A stretch of 64,000 nucleotides of DNA from Phoronis australis. Taxonomy: Eukaryota; Animalia; Phoronida. The stretch lies in contig NMRA01000001.1 of the NCBI GenBank assembly GCA_002633005.1, positions 839,755 to 903,754 on the forward strand, read 5' to 3'. Below, piece after piece: positions 48,801 through 63,800 of the stretch (positions are counted from its first letter, which is position 1; every line of letters begins with the position of its first letter). A program made the translations under genes and the position numbers. The notes under the pieces are model-generated. The model saw only the letters and a program-made list of their open reading frames with translations, was not told the origin of the DNA and searched no databases.

Positions 48801-51800
48801 TCTCTAAGCTGACATATTTTTATTGGTGAAATTTATGCAATACTATGTCTTTAAAAGGTTAAATTTTAACTTTGCTGTTAACCGAGAGGCTGGAGCTTTT
48901 GCACTTTATGGTCTTTACCAATGGTAGAAAAGTTTATATCTTTATTTTGTCTAAAATAACATGGTATTGAAAGTTAGGAACAGACTTCTACTTCATTTGC
49001 ACAAAACTGCATTTAATTGTCCTCTTATTATGCTCAGTCATCTCATCTCGCTCACCCAAAATTATTTGGAAGCTGCTGTTTCTGGCATTTTCGCTATTTG
49101 CTAACGTAATCGCACGTGTTTTAGCTGGTATACCTGCGGGGTATTTGTAAAACGAATGTTTTTGTTGCAAATTCCTGTGAACAATAATGTTGACAAATGT
49201 GTTCGTGCAGCATAAATAAATTATTGTAATTCATTTTTTTACTTTCAAAATTTGTATACTATGTGATTACGGTTTTACTTTTATTGATCTGTGGCTTTCG
49301 TTTATTGATTTGGTTTTTGATTACAGAATTCTACGACAGTCATGACTGCAAGAACTTCTTCGAAGCTAATTATTCCCCCATCTATTACACGTTTTACGAT
49401 GTCTTCATCAGTGTAGAGGTCGACCTCAGACAACGAGGTAATTACCTTTGATCTACTTTTTTGCTGGCGTGGAGTTATTTTGATGAAGTTCGTTCAGAGC
49501 AGATTGAAACTATTTCTTAGTGGATACTCTAAGGGTGGTAGAATGTACGTCTTTCTCAAAATTCCTTGCTTGAACCTGGAATTCCATGTTTACACATCAG
49601 TGTTCTGCGCAACCTAGTTTGACTCTAGTTTGAATTTTGTCGTTATGAGTTTGTCTTAGTTGCTCCAAGTTTGAAAACTTATGCAATTGAAAATTGAGGG
49701 ATTAGTAATTTCGTTAGCAGATTATGGCATTTTTGACTTGTGCTATCAGTTCCATGCACTCAACACACAGTCTTCCAACGGTATGGACATGAACTTTCGA
49801 ACGTGGATGTGAATTTTGTAATTTCAGTCGAGTTTGAATTTTCTGTTGCAAAGAATGCCTAGCGAACTGTTAGATATTGTCAAGATCAACTACAGTGTTC
49901 ATTCCAGATTGCACCTTCACAGCATTCTAGCGCTCCATGTTCAAAATTTAGTTTTATGCAGTGTGGGACCATGTAGGCACGTAAAGGTCTTCATCAATAA
50001 CCAGCTACCCCGCTTAAATTATTTAGAAGCAAAGATGATTGATACTCAATGGACCCTGCAGTTTCTTAAAATAGCCCCTATTTAAACCACAATAGGGCTC
50101 AATTGGGATTCCTGGTAGTTCGCGCACAATATGTTTTAATCATTAACATTTTCTTTCTGAGCTGTGTAAAACTGAGAGTAAAGCTGGTGAAGTATCTTCA
50201 GTGTTATTTATCTTACTGTGAGTATGCATGCGTTTTATACCTAAAACGTGTCATTAAAGCTACACATTGTGCTGTTCTGAGTGAATTTGGAACTGAAGGT
50301 GCACGTATTTGCAAAGATGACACTGGTCAGTTGTATGAACCAAAATTGGTCTTTCGTTTCATGCCGTTTTTGGTAAATGAACATAACCTGTCTTGCAAGT
50401 TATAATTAAATTATTCTTTTATAGCCAGCAAGGCACACCGAGACGACTTGGACAATGTGTTGTTTATTTTTGAGGTGAGTTTTTGCCAGCAGTATGATTG
50501 ACTGTTTTACACTTGGGGATGATATCACATGATTGTTATTTTCGTTGTTTGACATCTTAGCTCCTGTCAATATTGGAAAAGATTCATTTTAAAGCAGGTT
50601 GTTTTGGCTATAGTTATTGAAACCATGGTGGTCTGTGGTAGATCTTACGCAACCATGTAGATCCGCGTCGTATATTGCAAAATGAATTGTGAGCTCTCGT
50701 CTGCAGCCAGGAGTTCAAAGGGTACGTTACTTAGGAAGCAAATGGTGTGGTGCATACTGACTAAGACCTTTGTCACGAGTAACACCTGGAATTGGCCCAT
50801 ACTTTGCACGCATGCTCTCACTGTGCACTCACTGGGCATAGCAGTATTAAGTAGAAGTGAAATAGAGGTTACAAGGCAACTGGCAGCCATAGAGTCACTA
50901 GGGTCACCAGTTATTAATAAGACATGACTCGAGGGGAAGTCTATTCATGGTCGTGAAAGGAGCTAGCTGATTTAGAACTTCTTCCTTGAAGAACGTTATG
51001 AATAACTGTGTAATGGAAGGTCAGGGGCTTATTGCAATGGGCTTGACCCTGTGGTCTGTGTACAGCTGATGCCGAAATTCACATATCCGTGTAATCTGTT
51101 TTGTTGTTTGCCTCGAATATTCGGTTGGTTGTGGATATCATTTTTGGCATGATGATCAATTTCATCTTTGCTTCCAAAAATTTAAAACAAACTCCAAAAG
51201 ATTGCACAACTGATCGTCGCTGATGTCTTCACTGGTGTGCGTGTATGTTGCAGTCAGGCTGATGTTGGTAATTTTGAATTTTTGGCAGTGAATGTCAAGT
51301 CTGTTATCATCCAGGCACCTTCTTGGTGAAGCTGCTTTCTGAATCAGTTCTGTTGCTTTATCACTGCAAGTATATGAATATCAAATTTTGTAACATACTC
51401 GTTTGTTTCAGAAAATTCTGCTTTGCCTACCTGAACTAATCCACAAGAAATGGCAATATCACAGTATAGGTAAGACTTGCTAGAAATGCACCTTTCGCGA
51501 GATAAGAAGCCAGATGGATTTTTGTCCCACTTCACTTGTTATCACGGTGCTAACCTATTTGTGCACAGGGGAAATTCCCCTAAGGTTTGCAAGCCTACTT
51601 CAGGTTTTCCACATGGGTCTGGGCTGTAGATTTAATGCTAACTTAAAGGCGAAGGCAACCTTTTTCCATGTCATTTTGAGCTAAAATAAGGTTGGTTGGT
51701 TATCCTAGACATATTTTCTACTTAATTACAGCTTTTCGTAATTTTATAAATTACTCGTCCGCTACTCTGGAAGTGACGTTTTANNNNNNNNNNNNNNNNN

Positions 51801-54800
51801 NNNNNNNNNNNNNNNNNNNNNNNNNNNNNNNNNNNNNNNNNNNNNNNNNNNNNNNNNNNNNNNNNNNNNNNNNNNNNNNNNNNNNNNNNNNNNNNNNNNN
51901 NNNNNNNNNNNNNNNNNNNNNNNNNNNNNNNNNNNNNNNNNNNNNNNNNNNNNNNNNNNNNNNNNNNNNNNNNNNNNNNNNNNNNNNNNNNNNNNNNNNN
52001 NNNNNNNNNNNNNNNNNNNNNNNNNNNNNNNNNNNNNNNNNNNNNNNNNNNNNNNNNNNNNNNNNNNNNNNNNNNNNNNNNNNNNNNNNNNNNNNNNNNN
52101 NNNNNNNNNNNNNNNNNNNNNNNNNNNNNNNNNNNNNNNNNNNNNNNNNNNNNNNNNNNNNNNNNNNNNNNNNNNNNNNNNNNNNNNNNNNNNNNNNNNN
52201 NNNNNNNNNNNNNNNNNNNNNNNNNNNNNNNNNNNNNNNNNNNNNNNNNNNNNNNNNNNNNNNNNNNNNNNNNNNNNNNNNNNNNNNNNNNNNNNNNNNN
52301 NNNNNNNNNNNNNNNNNNNNNNNNNNNNNNNNNNNNNNNNNNNNNNNNNNNNNNNNNNNNNNNNNNNNNNNNNNNNNNNNNNNNNNNNNNNNNNNNNNNN
52401 NNNNNNNNNNNNNNNNNNNNNNNNNNNNNNNNNNNNNNNNNNNNNNNNNNNNNNNNNNNNNNNNNNNNNNNNNNNNNNNNNNNNNNNNNNNNNNNNNNNN
52501 NNNNNNNNNNNNNNNNNNNNNNNNNNNNNNNNNNNNNNNNNNNNNNNNNNNNNNNNNNNNNNNNNNNNNNNNNNNNNNNNNNNNNNNNNNNNNNNNNNNN
52601 NNNNNNNNNNNNNNNNNNNNNNNNNNNNNNNNNNNNNNNNNNNNNNNNNNNNNNNNNNNNNNNNNNNNNNNNNNNNNNNNNNNNNNNNNNNNNNNNNNNN
52701 NNNNNNNNNGCACTTCTCGGGGGTGGCGACGGGGCACTGCCGGGAATCAACACAGACGGAATAGCATCCTTCTTCAGACGTTGTTTCGCAGGGACCTTCA
52801 TCAGTTCAGCGTACAAATCCCTTTCGTAATCGGACGGCAGAAAGTGCTTGCCACACACACGGTACATGTAATTCTCCACTGCTTTGTACGTTGCGTGGAT
52901 GGGTAACGCTGCGTTCTTCACACGAACGAGCCAAGTACGGCGAAGTGTGTCATCCATCGGAAAGCGATGCAACGGTACTCCCAAAGCGCGCGTGAGCCGA
53001 TAATTAGTACATCCTGGTACGCAGCTACAGTGTGGCATGTTGACTGACTAGTAAATGAAAGCAAACGACGACGGAACTTAGCACAATCGAGGTAGAACAA
53101 TGACTGACTCGGCAGCTCTCACAGTCAGACTATATGAAAAGAAATTGGCGCGAAATGCTTGCCTTTTAAAACGTCACTTCCGGAGTAGCGGACGAGTAAT
53201 TAATAAAATTACGAAAAGCTGTAATTAAGTGGAAAATATGTCTAGGATAACCAACCAACCTTATTTTAGCTCAAAATGACATGGAAAAAGGTTGCCTTCG
53301 CCTTTAAGGAATTTGATGACGAGGGTGTCCACTTTTCCAAGCTTGGAAACGCACGAGTAATCTGCTCATTATCCCGAGGTGGGTTTTGGGACTATGTTGT
53401 TGGCATTCGTTTTAAAATTTTCAATGACTTGTTTACGAATAGTGTGGTAAACTTGGACAATCTGTTCATAAGCAGAATAGGTGATGGCTTGTGTAGTGTG
53501 AAATTTGTTAGAGTAACAGATCAGATGGGATGCACATGATTTTGCCTGAGCCCCGCTTTTCTTCATTGTGTAACTGAGGTTAAAACCAGACAAATCAAAT
53601 TCTAATTACCTTGTTTCATTGCTATGACTATGAACATGTTTTGTCTAATTGAACACACAGGACACACTGTTATAAAAACATGTTTACAATGTGTCTGTGT
53701 TGCAAAAGCTGTATAAATATACAGCTTTGGAACGATGTGGGTAAAAACGACAAAATGAAATCTGACGCAAAATTGGTGTCATTAAAAACTTAACTATTTC
53801 TCTTCGCTGTCATTCCAAACCCTGAGCATGGGACGTTATATACACAAAGGATTGTGGGATATGGATTTTAAACAGCAGCGCTGCCAGTATACGTAGATAT
53901 ATATATATCCTGTAGTGGTCACTTCATTTTAGCAGCTTTTCAAGCAGCCTTAAGTTTGGTTTATCATGGATACGAGGAAACAAGGAGCATCTAAGTTCTA
54001 TCCAAAATCGTCTGCCAATTTACTGAGCAGACGGACACTTTCATGCCGCTTTCTAGATTCTGCATAACAGTGGCCAGTTGCATGAAACGGTCCCAAATAG
54101 GGACTCTACTAAGTTCCCTAAAATATCTGCATATTTGTGGACTTGTGAAAACACTGATTGTCCTTTCTGATATGCTGTTTGAGTATGATTGCTAAGCAAA
54201 TTTTTGGCTTTGATACAAATTGAGAGTGAACTAGCAACATTATTGAAAATAAGTAAAAAGGATCATTTCATGCAACGCCTCCAATTTAAGTACTAAGTCC
54301 CTAATTATTTTGATTGAATTAAGGACTTAATTATATTATTAGACAATGTCATCAGTCCAAAGAGGAGCTTATAAAGATAAAATGATAGAAAAAATGTTAC
54401 ATTTGTGAGTAAGAATGAAACAAATACGCAAAAGATTTAGGGAACTTAGTCCCTGTTTGGGACTGTTTCTTGCAACCGTCCAAGAGTCTCTTCTCCCTGT
54501 GGTTACATATTATGTTACAAAGTAATATGTACCTGATAACGTAACTTCCAACCTGGCAAAAAGTTGTTTTGTTCACCTTTCTTCTAGAAATGTTTGACAT
54601 TTAATCCTACTCAGCCGCGGCTCCGCCACGATCCTAGCAGTGCTCGCGAACGTTCATAAAAATTTCAAAGTTGATAGATTAGAGATAAAGTATTGCTTAG
54701 TAGATGTCAGCTCCTACAACGATCATGTGGGGAGTGATAGATTGGTCTTCTATTACAGGTTTTCCTCATAAATGAACATAGCAACAAGCATAAATTATAC

Positions 54801-57800
54801 GGACATTAAAGGAGCAATGAACATCCTTTCTGACTATCATTTTGGTCACGTCTGAGTCCTTACATGTAACAATGGGCAGGGCAAATGCGATTAGAGTGTC
54901 TAAAATTTGGTAAAATTTTGAAATTGATTTCGATTGGAAAGGGTTAGTTTGTAGTCACAAATAAAATTTTGGCTACGCTTTTCTTGTTTCAGAGCCTCCG
55001 TTTTACATTAGGTGGTTGTCATGTTGTATTGGGCGCTCTATTGAGCGCTGTATTGAGTGCTGTTTTGGTTAAATATGGCTGTTATCTTGGGACATCCTGT
55101 TTCATGCAATTGCAATTGTCAATTTTAATTTTGCGACTGTTTTTGACTTATTATAAATTGCTTCATACTTATTGCGCGCCCGCATATTTATATGTGGATG
55201 AATTATTTTAGTTAAAACTTTGTAGTTGGCCATGTTGACCCACCAGAGTAGTTCTTGATGTAAAGTTAATTTGTTTTACATTTTGTGTAATCGTTGTGAG
55301 TTGTTATGACTGGCTGTTCATTTTCAACAAACAATCACTTAGCCAGGAGCAATTAGTGATCATTTCAAACAACATTCTTCTTTGGTAATATAACCTGATA
55401 AATTGGTTACATGGTTAATCGTTAACATTGAAATGCTGCTTATCAATACGGTGGAAAGCAGTGATTCAAATTTCTCATGTGCATTTTTTTCCGGTAAATT
55501 GCTTCTGAAAGTGTCATGCTCGTATTGATTTTTTACCACGCTGCTACGTTTTGTTGAAGCTTATGCGAGATTAATGCGAAAGGCAATAAAATGTAAACAG
55601 TGACCCATTATTGTGATCATAATCTATTAAGCTCTTGTGTTATCTCCAAGTCCATAATTTTCCAGATTGCTAAGCAACTTGTGTCATAAATTGACCACTA
55701 CCATGATATTTATTTTCTGTCCCTCGTTAAGTGTTCTGCAGTAGCTTATAACACATTGCTGGACCTTAATTTGAGAAGACAATTGGTCACATGTTTTTGG
55801 TCTTAATTTTCGTGTAATTGGGGTCTTAATTGTTTTAACGCTTGAGAGTGAGAAAAACGATACTGAGTTGGTGGGATTTGAGCTAGTGCTTTTGTCAACA
55901 TTAATCTTGGTTAGTTGATAAAAACAAACACCGCAGTTAATACCTACAGACACCCCAAGCTTATAGTCAACTGGTTTTGAGATTTAATAGCAGTGTCGGC
56001 TGTGAGGCACCTATCTACACTTCTGCCTGTTGATATTTTGTATGATGTAAGCCTTTCAAATTGGTAACTGAACACCTTACTTACCAAAGGTCATGACCTT
56101 CCAAGAATAGTTTTGAGTAATACATGATAAATGGGACCATTTTCATGCCCTATTCTGTGTGTTTGTGGATGGGTTGTGGTCTAGTAGTGAGAATTTGCTG
56201 GGTGTTGTTGCTCTTTTAAATACTTTGGGTTTTGGGTTGTCAACGGTGACGCTAATGTGTTGATGGTTGAGATCGATTTACTCCATCGTTTTGAGATTGT
56301 GGTTTTGGATGAGGAATCAAATTATAGTTTTGGCTTAGCGTTAATGGGCTATGATTGTAGAAAACCTAAGGAATCAAATTATCAACGTTAGACTAAGTAT
56401 GGGTGTTAAAAATCGTTATTTTTTTAAAGTTGGTGTCATTTATTGGAACTGCTAATTTTGGATCAATGATCAGAGGACTGTTGCATTAAAATTTGATCAT
56501 TATACACTTTTTTACACAGAGTCAAAATGAAGACTACCGTATGACCAGTCCGAAATTTCAGCGCAGTCTGCATTTAGATTGCGTGTAAAATATGTTGTAC
56601 AACAGGCCTCTGTTGGTTACATAGATGTAAGCCAGTTCATGTGCAAGAATTATGTAAAAATGTATCAGAATGTATGCAATGTGCTGCTGCATGGTTAGTG
56701 CAAAGTGAGCATAAGATAAGTTATTTTAAGGAACCAAAAGCCTGTGCTGTATTTAGTTAAAGATGGACCTAGGTTATTCAAATATGAACATTTGGAAAAT
56801 CTGGGGGGGGGGGGGTAACTGAAAATGAGCATTATCCAGCACAATAGAGTTGATATGGAATTCATTCCTACTTGGTAAAATCCCTTGATATGCTTAAATG
56901 TGACTGATACGACTTCAATAGATTGTATTTATTTTATTAGTTAGTTTACCTTGTGTTAGTATAATTTGTTCTGCATCACCTATCTAGTACCCCGACCTCG
57001 TTTCCAGGTCGCCTAATGAAGAAACTGCTGCACCCCGGCAACACACTCAGGTTGAGGAGAGAAGGTACTCGGCTGTTCCTCATCTGGTACCAGATCATCA
57101 ATACCAACGGCGACGAGGCCAGTCACAGCATGTTTGCCAACCTGGTGCCTGCACTCTCATCCAAAGAGCTCATCGAGACCGCTATTGTCACAACAGCCAC
57201 AGATTGTAATTACAGTTCTTAAATTCAAATTCTCTATAAGTTTCTCTTTCGCCAAGCATCCATGTCGGTATTTTGAATATATTTTCCTTCTATTAATGGT
57301 TACTAGGTGCAATAAAGCGTCTAACATTTTGTCTTGAATGTCTTAAAGCTCCATTTCCTCATATTTGGATGCCAACAAAACAATTAAGCCACTTAGTTTC
57401 ATAGTATTCGTTACTGTGGAAGGACTTGATTTTCATTATCAACAAATCCATCAAAACCTTCAGCAAAATTTAGAAAAACATTTCATAGTTGATTGGGATT
57501 GGCCAACATTAAAATTGCAGACTCAAAATGGTGCATGAACACATTGCCTTCGATTTGAAGTGACCTCTCATTTGGCAAGAAAACAATTCAGGATCAGCTA
57601 AATGTGGTAACGTCTTAAACCCCAAATCGCTATTAGTATCAAAATTCCCTTTTAACTTTGTTTTCATTACAATTTAGCATGCATTTCTACGGAATGGTAT
57701 GATAAGTTTTACTAGTGCCACCTTGTGAATGTCAAGTTTGGCTTTTGTTTTCTAGTCGGCGTGAGTCCTGTAGAGATTATCCCCATCCTACCTGCACAAG

Positions 57801-60800
57801 GAGGTGAAAAGGAGCCGGAGGACCTCAACAGATTCCTTCTGGAGACGCTGCTGACCTTCATGGTGTCGGAGGTATTCGGGTGTTGAATTGATACAATGAC
57901 TATAGCCAGAACATTTCTGAGTCTCAGGTGGAAAGAACGGAACTTATTTGTACCATTTGGTAGCTCAGTGTTCCGTGTGTTCTCCAGGAATACTCTATGT
58001 AGAGATTTTTGCTATTTTCACTTGCTCCTGGGCTGATTGTCTAACCTTTTCTCTTGCAATCGAACTCAAATTTGGTTTAGTTCACTTTTCCATTCCATTC
58101 CATTCCACGAACTCAAGATAAGTGTCTATTATTTTATGTTCATAATGGCTTGTGTGAACAACTGTCTAATACTATTTTGCTCTAAATGAACCCATCATTT
58201 AGGCTAAAAGTTTGAGTCTGAAATTGAAATTTCCGGTTTTTACTCAAAATTTGACGTTTTACTTGAGTGTGTAACTCTGGTTCAAGTGCGAAAATGGACT
58301 AGAAACCCATATGCATAAACCATAATGCACTCAAGCATAGGCTAATAGACAGTCCCGTATCTTGAGTTGGCACAAAAGTAGAATTATAATAAAAAATACT
58401 AAAAGCAATTTTGAGTTGGATTTCGGTCTTTTGTTCTTAAGTGTCAAAGTCTGTCGGGACATTTTGAATATAGTAGTTAAACGAAATTCGTCATTGGAGT
58501 ATGGCGACCAAAACTTATGCCTAAATTGATCAGCGATAGAGAATGAACACCTTCCAAACGAAGTGGTTCTTTGCCTTGAATCATCAAGTTTGTGCCAAAC
58601 GGGAGGGGCAAAGGGAGTGAATTCTGTTTATGTTCACTATTCTCGGAAATGATTCGGGCAAATGTCTGGACCAAAGTAAAATCAATTGGGCATTCTGAAA
58701 ATAAATCGTACCCTGTCTGATGGGTGATGCCTAGCAAAATCCCTGTGCATGCATAATTAATTATGTGCTGGGTATTGGTATTTGGCAAATGAATGAACTA
58801 CATTAAGGGTGATGAGCAATCATATTTTTGAAAGAATTTCATGGAAAATGCTGGTTGTCTTCTTTAAGTAAGTTTGGCTAGGACTAACCTTGTAATGTTG
58901 ATATTAATATAGTTTATTTTCAAATTCTTTTGAGTATTTCGCTTCGGTTACATTCTTCTGGGCTCTTGTGTTGTTATTTAATTGTTCATTTTGGAAAAAG
59001 TGGCCCATGTCCTACGAGAAGGCGCTCCCCCTGTTGGGTTAGTTTTGAATTCTGTATCCCGAGTAATCCTGGACTTTGTTAAATGATGGTGAATTAAGCG
59101 ATATTGTCAGCAGATGATTTATATCAGTTTTGTCCATCTTTTATTGTTTTCAGGTCACAAAAGTGGAGTGGTCGTCTAGTAGACAGCAGATTGAGAGCTT
59201 CGAGTTCTTGTTCAACCGTTTCAAAAAGCACTACCTGCCCAATATCTTCCCAACATTTTCTTACAGCAGAAGTTTATATCAGCCAACTCTAGGTAATCGC
59301 ATGTCTGACATTTTTTTGATGAAGGTAGCCTCAAGTTGAGACTGAGCACTGACAGGCAAGAGACATCTGGTGCCATGCTTACGTACTATCAACTGTTCAA
59401 GCCACTGCACTATACGTTTCTAATTTGTCTTGTGCTCAGTTCTGTGTCAGTATATTTTTTGTCTCTGAACTATTTGTGTTGTTTCTTTCGTGTCTTTACT
59501 TTGTACGCTTGGCTGACACAAAGTTATCAGAAAGCAACGGCCACCATTGTGGTTCCAGAAACAGGTGATAACGGCAACGTTACAAGCGAAGCTATTGTTG
59601 ACATACTTTTGAGTAAATGATTACCAAAATAAAACTCGTCTTTTCCATCAACACAAACAACATATATTGATGATAATTAGAACTTCTTAATGTAACATGA
59701 ACGGTATTCCATGCCGCAAGGTTTTTAATCCAACTGCATGAGGTTATGATCATAAACATACCTTGTTTACATGCTTTGTTTTCCAGAACTGCCAACTGTG
59801 AGGTTGCCTGGCGATGACTCATCTGAGGAGCATGTGAACGCCTGTAAAGAAACTGTTGTCAAGTGGATGTCTACCTTTGTCACAACATATAAGAAGCCAC
59901 AGCCTATCGAAGTGTGAGTGGGCGTGATATGTGGAGCTGATGACTCTCGCCTTTGTCTTAGACGTACCATTGGAGTCATGCTATGCAAAATGTTGATCTC
60001 AGGATTCATGTATTTCTTTCAGTTGTCTTCAAAAAGAATGGCTATGTATCTTTTCAAGTGGCAGTGTTTATTAAGCAAACCATGGTCAAACCTATGATAG
60101 ATCTTCTGTTTATCTGCTCATTTATGTCAATCAGTTGAATCTTCATCAAAAATTTTATCAGGATGGATTATAGTACACGCCAAAATGTTCAGACAAAATG
60201 ACTCTGAATTAACTGTCGTGATGGCTGGGCAGAGATCCGTTGTCACGTTTGTCCTGCCTCATGAATAAGAATGGAAGGGAATACATTGGAAAGTTGTGGC
60301 TAAGCTTTTCTGCGAGTAGAGTTTCACTGCCAGTCGGTTTTTCTGTAAAAAGAATTATGTAGCAATCATAACAGGGAAATTGTATTTTGTTTAATTAGTT
60401 TTGTCTTTAAGCGTTAACAGGACTCGGAATCTTTTTACGAGGATTTCCTCTTTCTGGGTTTTGTATTTGATTTCCACTTTCCTCTTTTTCATCTCTTTTA
60501 TAATCGTTTTGCCTTTGTTCATGCCAAAATATTTGTTGCTGTTAAATTTTGCAACACAAAAAAATATTTTAATGTATCACCTGGAAAATTTTCCTCTTTT
60601 ATGTCATGGGTTGTTCAAGCCCTGTGTTCAATAATTTATCTTATGAAAGGTATATAATGTCAAACATCTTGTCCTTTTGGATTGAAAACTGCATGTTACA
60701 ATTTTCATTTGCATGTCAAACATATTTAGAACAATTCCCAATTGTTTTATACAGCACTAGTCCCAACGGAGGGTCTGGCGCCCTGTCTGACAGCGCTCGT

Positions 60801-63800
60801 GACACGCCCGACTCGAGCCGGTCCGAGGCACAGGCCGATCACCCGTCTGGCAGTAATGCTAGCACCATGTCCAGCACGGAGAAAGACTCTGTCAGTGCTG
60901 GCTCGAGCGTCTGCAGCGATGATCATTCGCTGTCCGAGTATGAAATTGTGCGTCAGGTGTTGTTCTCCAGTCGCGAGAATGTCAACCTTGTCCACGAGGT
61001 CTTCAGGAAGGTACGTTGCATTCGGTTCTTGGGAAATCTCTCCGTTCATGAGATAGTACACTTTATCCCAGGCCATGTCCCTGAGATAAACCTTTTCGAG
61101 TTGTTGTCAGACAACAGTCGGTAGTAAGAACTTTGACATCAAGCGTTCAGCATCTCATTTTTGTCATTTTTCTATTGTCTGATTTTTGCCCAGAGTTAGT
61201 TTAATATAGAGCGTAGTAAAACCCCACCAATTTATTACTCGATGTGGCAGGCAAATGAATTTAATTTTTTTCATGAAAGATAAGCATAGAGTCAAATAAG
61301 TGCTGAAATCATCGTTTTTAAGTTGGGTCTATCTGTACTGGCCACTATTACGAGCGCATTGTTTGACCAAACATTGAATTGTATTATAAAAATTCTGAAA
61401 ACTTTTTACCATTGACCTCATCAACTGGTGTCATGTTTGATCTAACGCAGTTTGTACTCGGCTGGTTTCAGGCATTCCTCTTCCCCTTCAAACACCACAG
61501 TGCAATAAAACGGGTGATCAATGTCTACAAAGACTGGCTCCAGGTTGGTTGTATGTTGCTGGCTTTAGTATCTCAGCTAATTAACAGATGTCACTAGTGT
61601 TGCCAAAGCATGTTTAGTTTTACCAGTTTTTCTTTGGCAATCCAATCTGGTTGCATCTTTATTGACCCTGTCGTGTGGTAGATAACTGAAGTGTTGTCCT
61701 CACACAGATTTATCCTAGAACAAGTTACTCCTGGGAGGGTGACTTGTCCTAGGGTAAGTTGCACCTGTCCAGTTATAATTGCTGTGTGTCCGCAAACCTG
61801 GGACAAGGTGGAAGTAATTATCAGCTGCTGTTACATACAGGCGGGACTTCTTTTGCACGCTGTATTTGCAGCAGTTGTTTGTTGTCAAACACTTGCACTA
61901 GTTATCGGTTTTATGTGTGTGGACGCTCCATTTAAGTGGGACAAGTTGCACTAGCGCAAGTTGTTTTAGAGTAGGCTATGTGTGGACGGGAGTTAAGAGA
62001 GTGGTTTAGTGCTGGGAAAGGTGTTTTGGGCAGGCTTGGAAGCCTGACTGTAGTTTATTTCTTGTTTTGTCTTAGCTACTTGCTCATTTTGAGTGCATTA
62101 GTTTCATTTCGGGTCAAGTGGTTAGGACGATCTTGGAATTGATCAGCACGTCAGCTCAAATACTAGTGATCGTTTTTAAACTGAGCTTTGCATAAGACTT
62201 GTGATTGTAGTCATTTAAAAATGATAAAAATTTATTATTTCTTTGTATTAGTATGAATGATCACTGCAGACACTTGTTTGCATATGCATAGAATAGGTAC
62301 CCTACATATGACTCTAGTGTACCTAATACTTTATGCATATCATATTTCTTGTTTGTGCCGAATACTTTGAAACTTATTACACCCTCTTTTGACGATTTTC
62401 ATTGCCTAATTTCTAATTTTGATTAGTGAGTGGACCGACTGATTTATTTAACATTGACTGGCCATAAAATACAATGCAACACACTAATAGACAGACACAT
62501 AGACATATAAACTAAATTAAGTAAGACTAATAAGTCTAACCTTTAAGTAAAAAATAAAGAGGCGTTTTTAACAGAACCACATACTGTTTAAAAATTTGGC
62601 CACAACTTTTGTCTTACTCAGATAAAGGGTTATTTCTGGACTTGAAAGAATAGAATTGCTGCCCGACACTGAACTCACAAAGTTGGAATTGGTCCCTTGC
62701 CTGAACACTAGATGGAGTTATCAGTCTGTTAAGCTACTGAGCATAGAGTGAATGTCCCACTGCAATACTTGACATCCCTGTTTTAGTCATCTACAAGGCC
62801 GCTGTTCATGTTGGAGCCAGACAATGAGGCGGAAGTCAAACCAGCCATGTCCGCAGTGAGCCAGTTAAAGCGGGAGGAAGTCGGGACAGTGGAAAAACCT
62901 TTGGTGAGTTTTCAGAACCCATTAGTTGTTGCTGGCTAGTGTATAGTAGTGGTGTTGTACCTCAATGCCATGATATTACGTCAGGTAGTTTATTTAATAG
63001 TCTATGCAATGAGTTATGGGAAATCTTGAATACGTGCGGATGTTGTTTTATTGAAAATTTGTAGCTCTTTCTTCCTTTACAGCTGGGATGGGTTCCATTG
63101 ACCCAAAAACTTGCGAAATCACAATCGGTATCATGCAAGACTTTGAGAGATATCGCCATGCATTACTGACAAACCGCGTGATTATATACTACTGCTTTAC
63201 TTGCAAAGTTCTTGTGTGAACGTAACGTAGTCTTGGTTGGAACATAAAATACTAACGCGTAATCTCTATAGTTAAGCAGTTTGTGGCAAACCAAGCTAAA
63301 AGTGGATTTGTCACTTCAACCTCAAAGAGGAGGGACCTTCCTGTCATTATCAGTTCTGCGATTAAAAAGTATAACGATAACCTGTTACCTTGCAGATACA
63401 GTCATGTGTTTAAAATGTGTTTTCTGCTTTTAGAATGGTTCCGAGTCCAAGCTGGCTGTGGACAATGACTCGTTTCCTCGACTGCGCAACAATTCTTATG
63501 TAGGTGCAATAGGGGAGAGTCCCCGCCATGGTGCTGAGGACACAGCGTGCAATGTGAAGGCTGGCCTTCAGAAAACACTTCAGGTAAGAGTGATCGAATG
63601 TTCTGGGTTGCAACTTGTCAGGCATATTGTAGGTTGCATATAAGGTTATAACGTGCTGTTTTGTGTCCTATTTTATCGATTTGCATTTTTGCCAGTTCTG
63701 AATCTTCTTTCTTCTCTCTCTTCCAAAGGTTTTCGTCTCGAGCGCTGCCAATGTCTTTCTACTTGACACGGGAGATTCTGTAGATGATCACCAGGTGGAT

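Larger units (their letters stand above)
51647..53303 (-). mobile_element. Kolobok-like DNA transposon in RalGAP intron 4 (TTAA TSD, AGG...CCT termini, TIR of at least 137 bp, THAP ORF)
   Basis: ttaa|aggcgaaggcaacc...gaagtgacgtttta(N gap) and taaaacgtcacttc...ggttgccttcgcct|ttaa with very few mismatches. TTAA target, RR termini and THAP domain are the described Kolobok hallmarks. Confidence 0.85.

Noticed and set aside
51692-52906. Long ORFs (404, 438 and 318 aa) in the ORF track
   Set aside because: Their length comes from the N gap; only the THAP part 52710-53038 is real.
59531-59564. Possible extra RalGAP cassette exon (ag...gt)
   Set aside because: 34 nt would shift the frame; exons 7 and 8 already join in phase.
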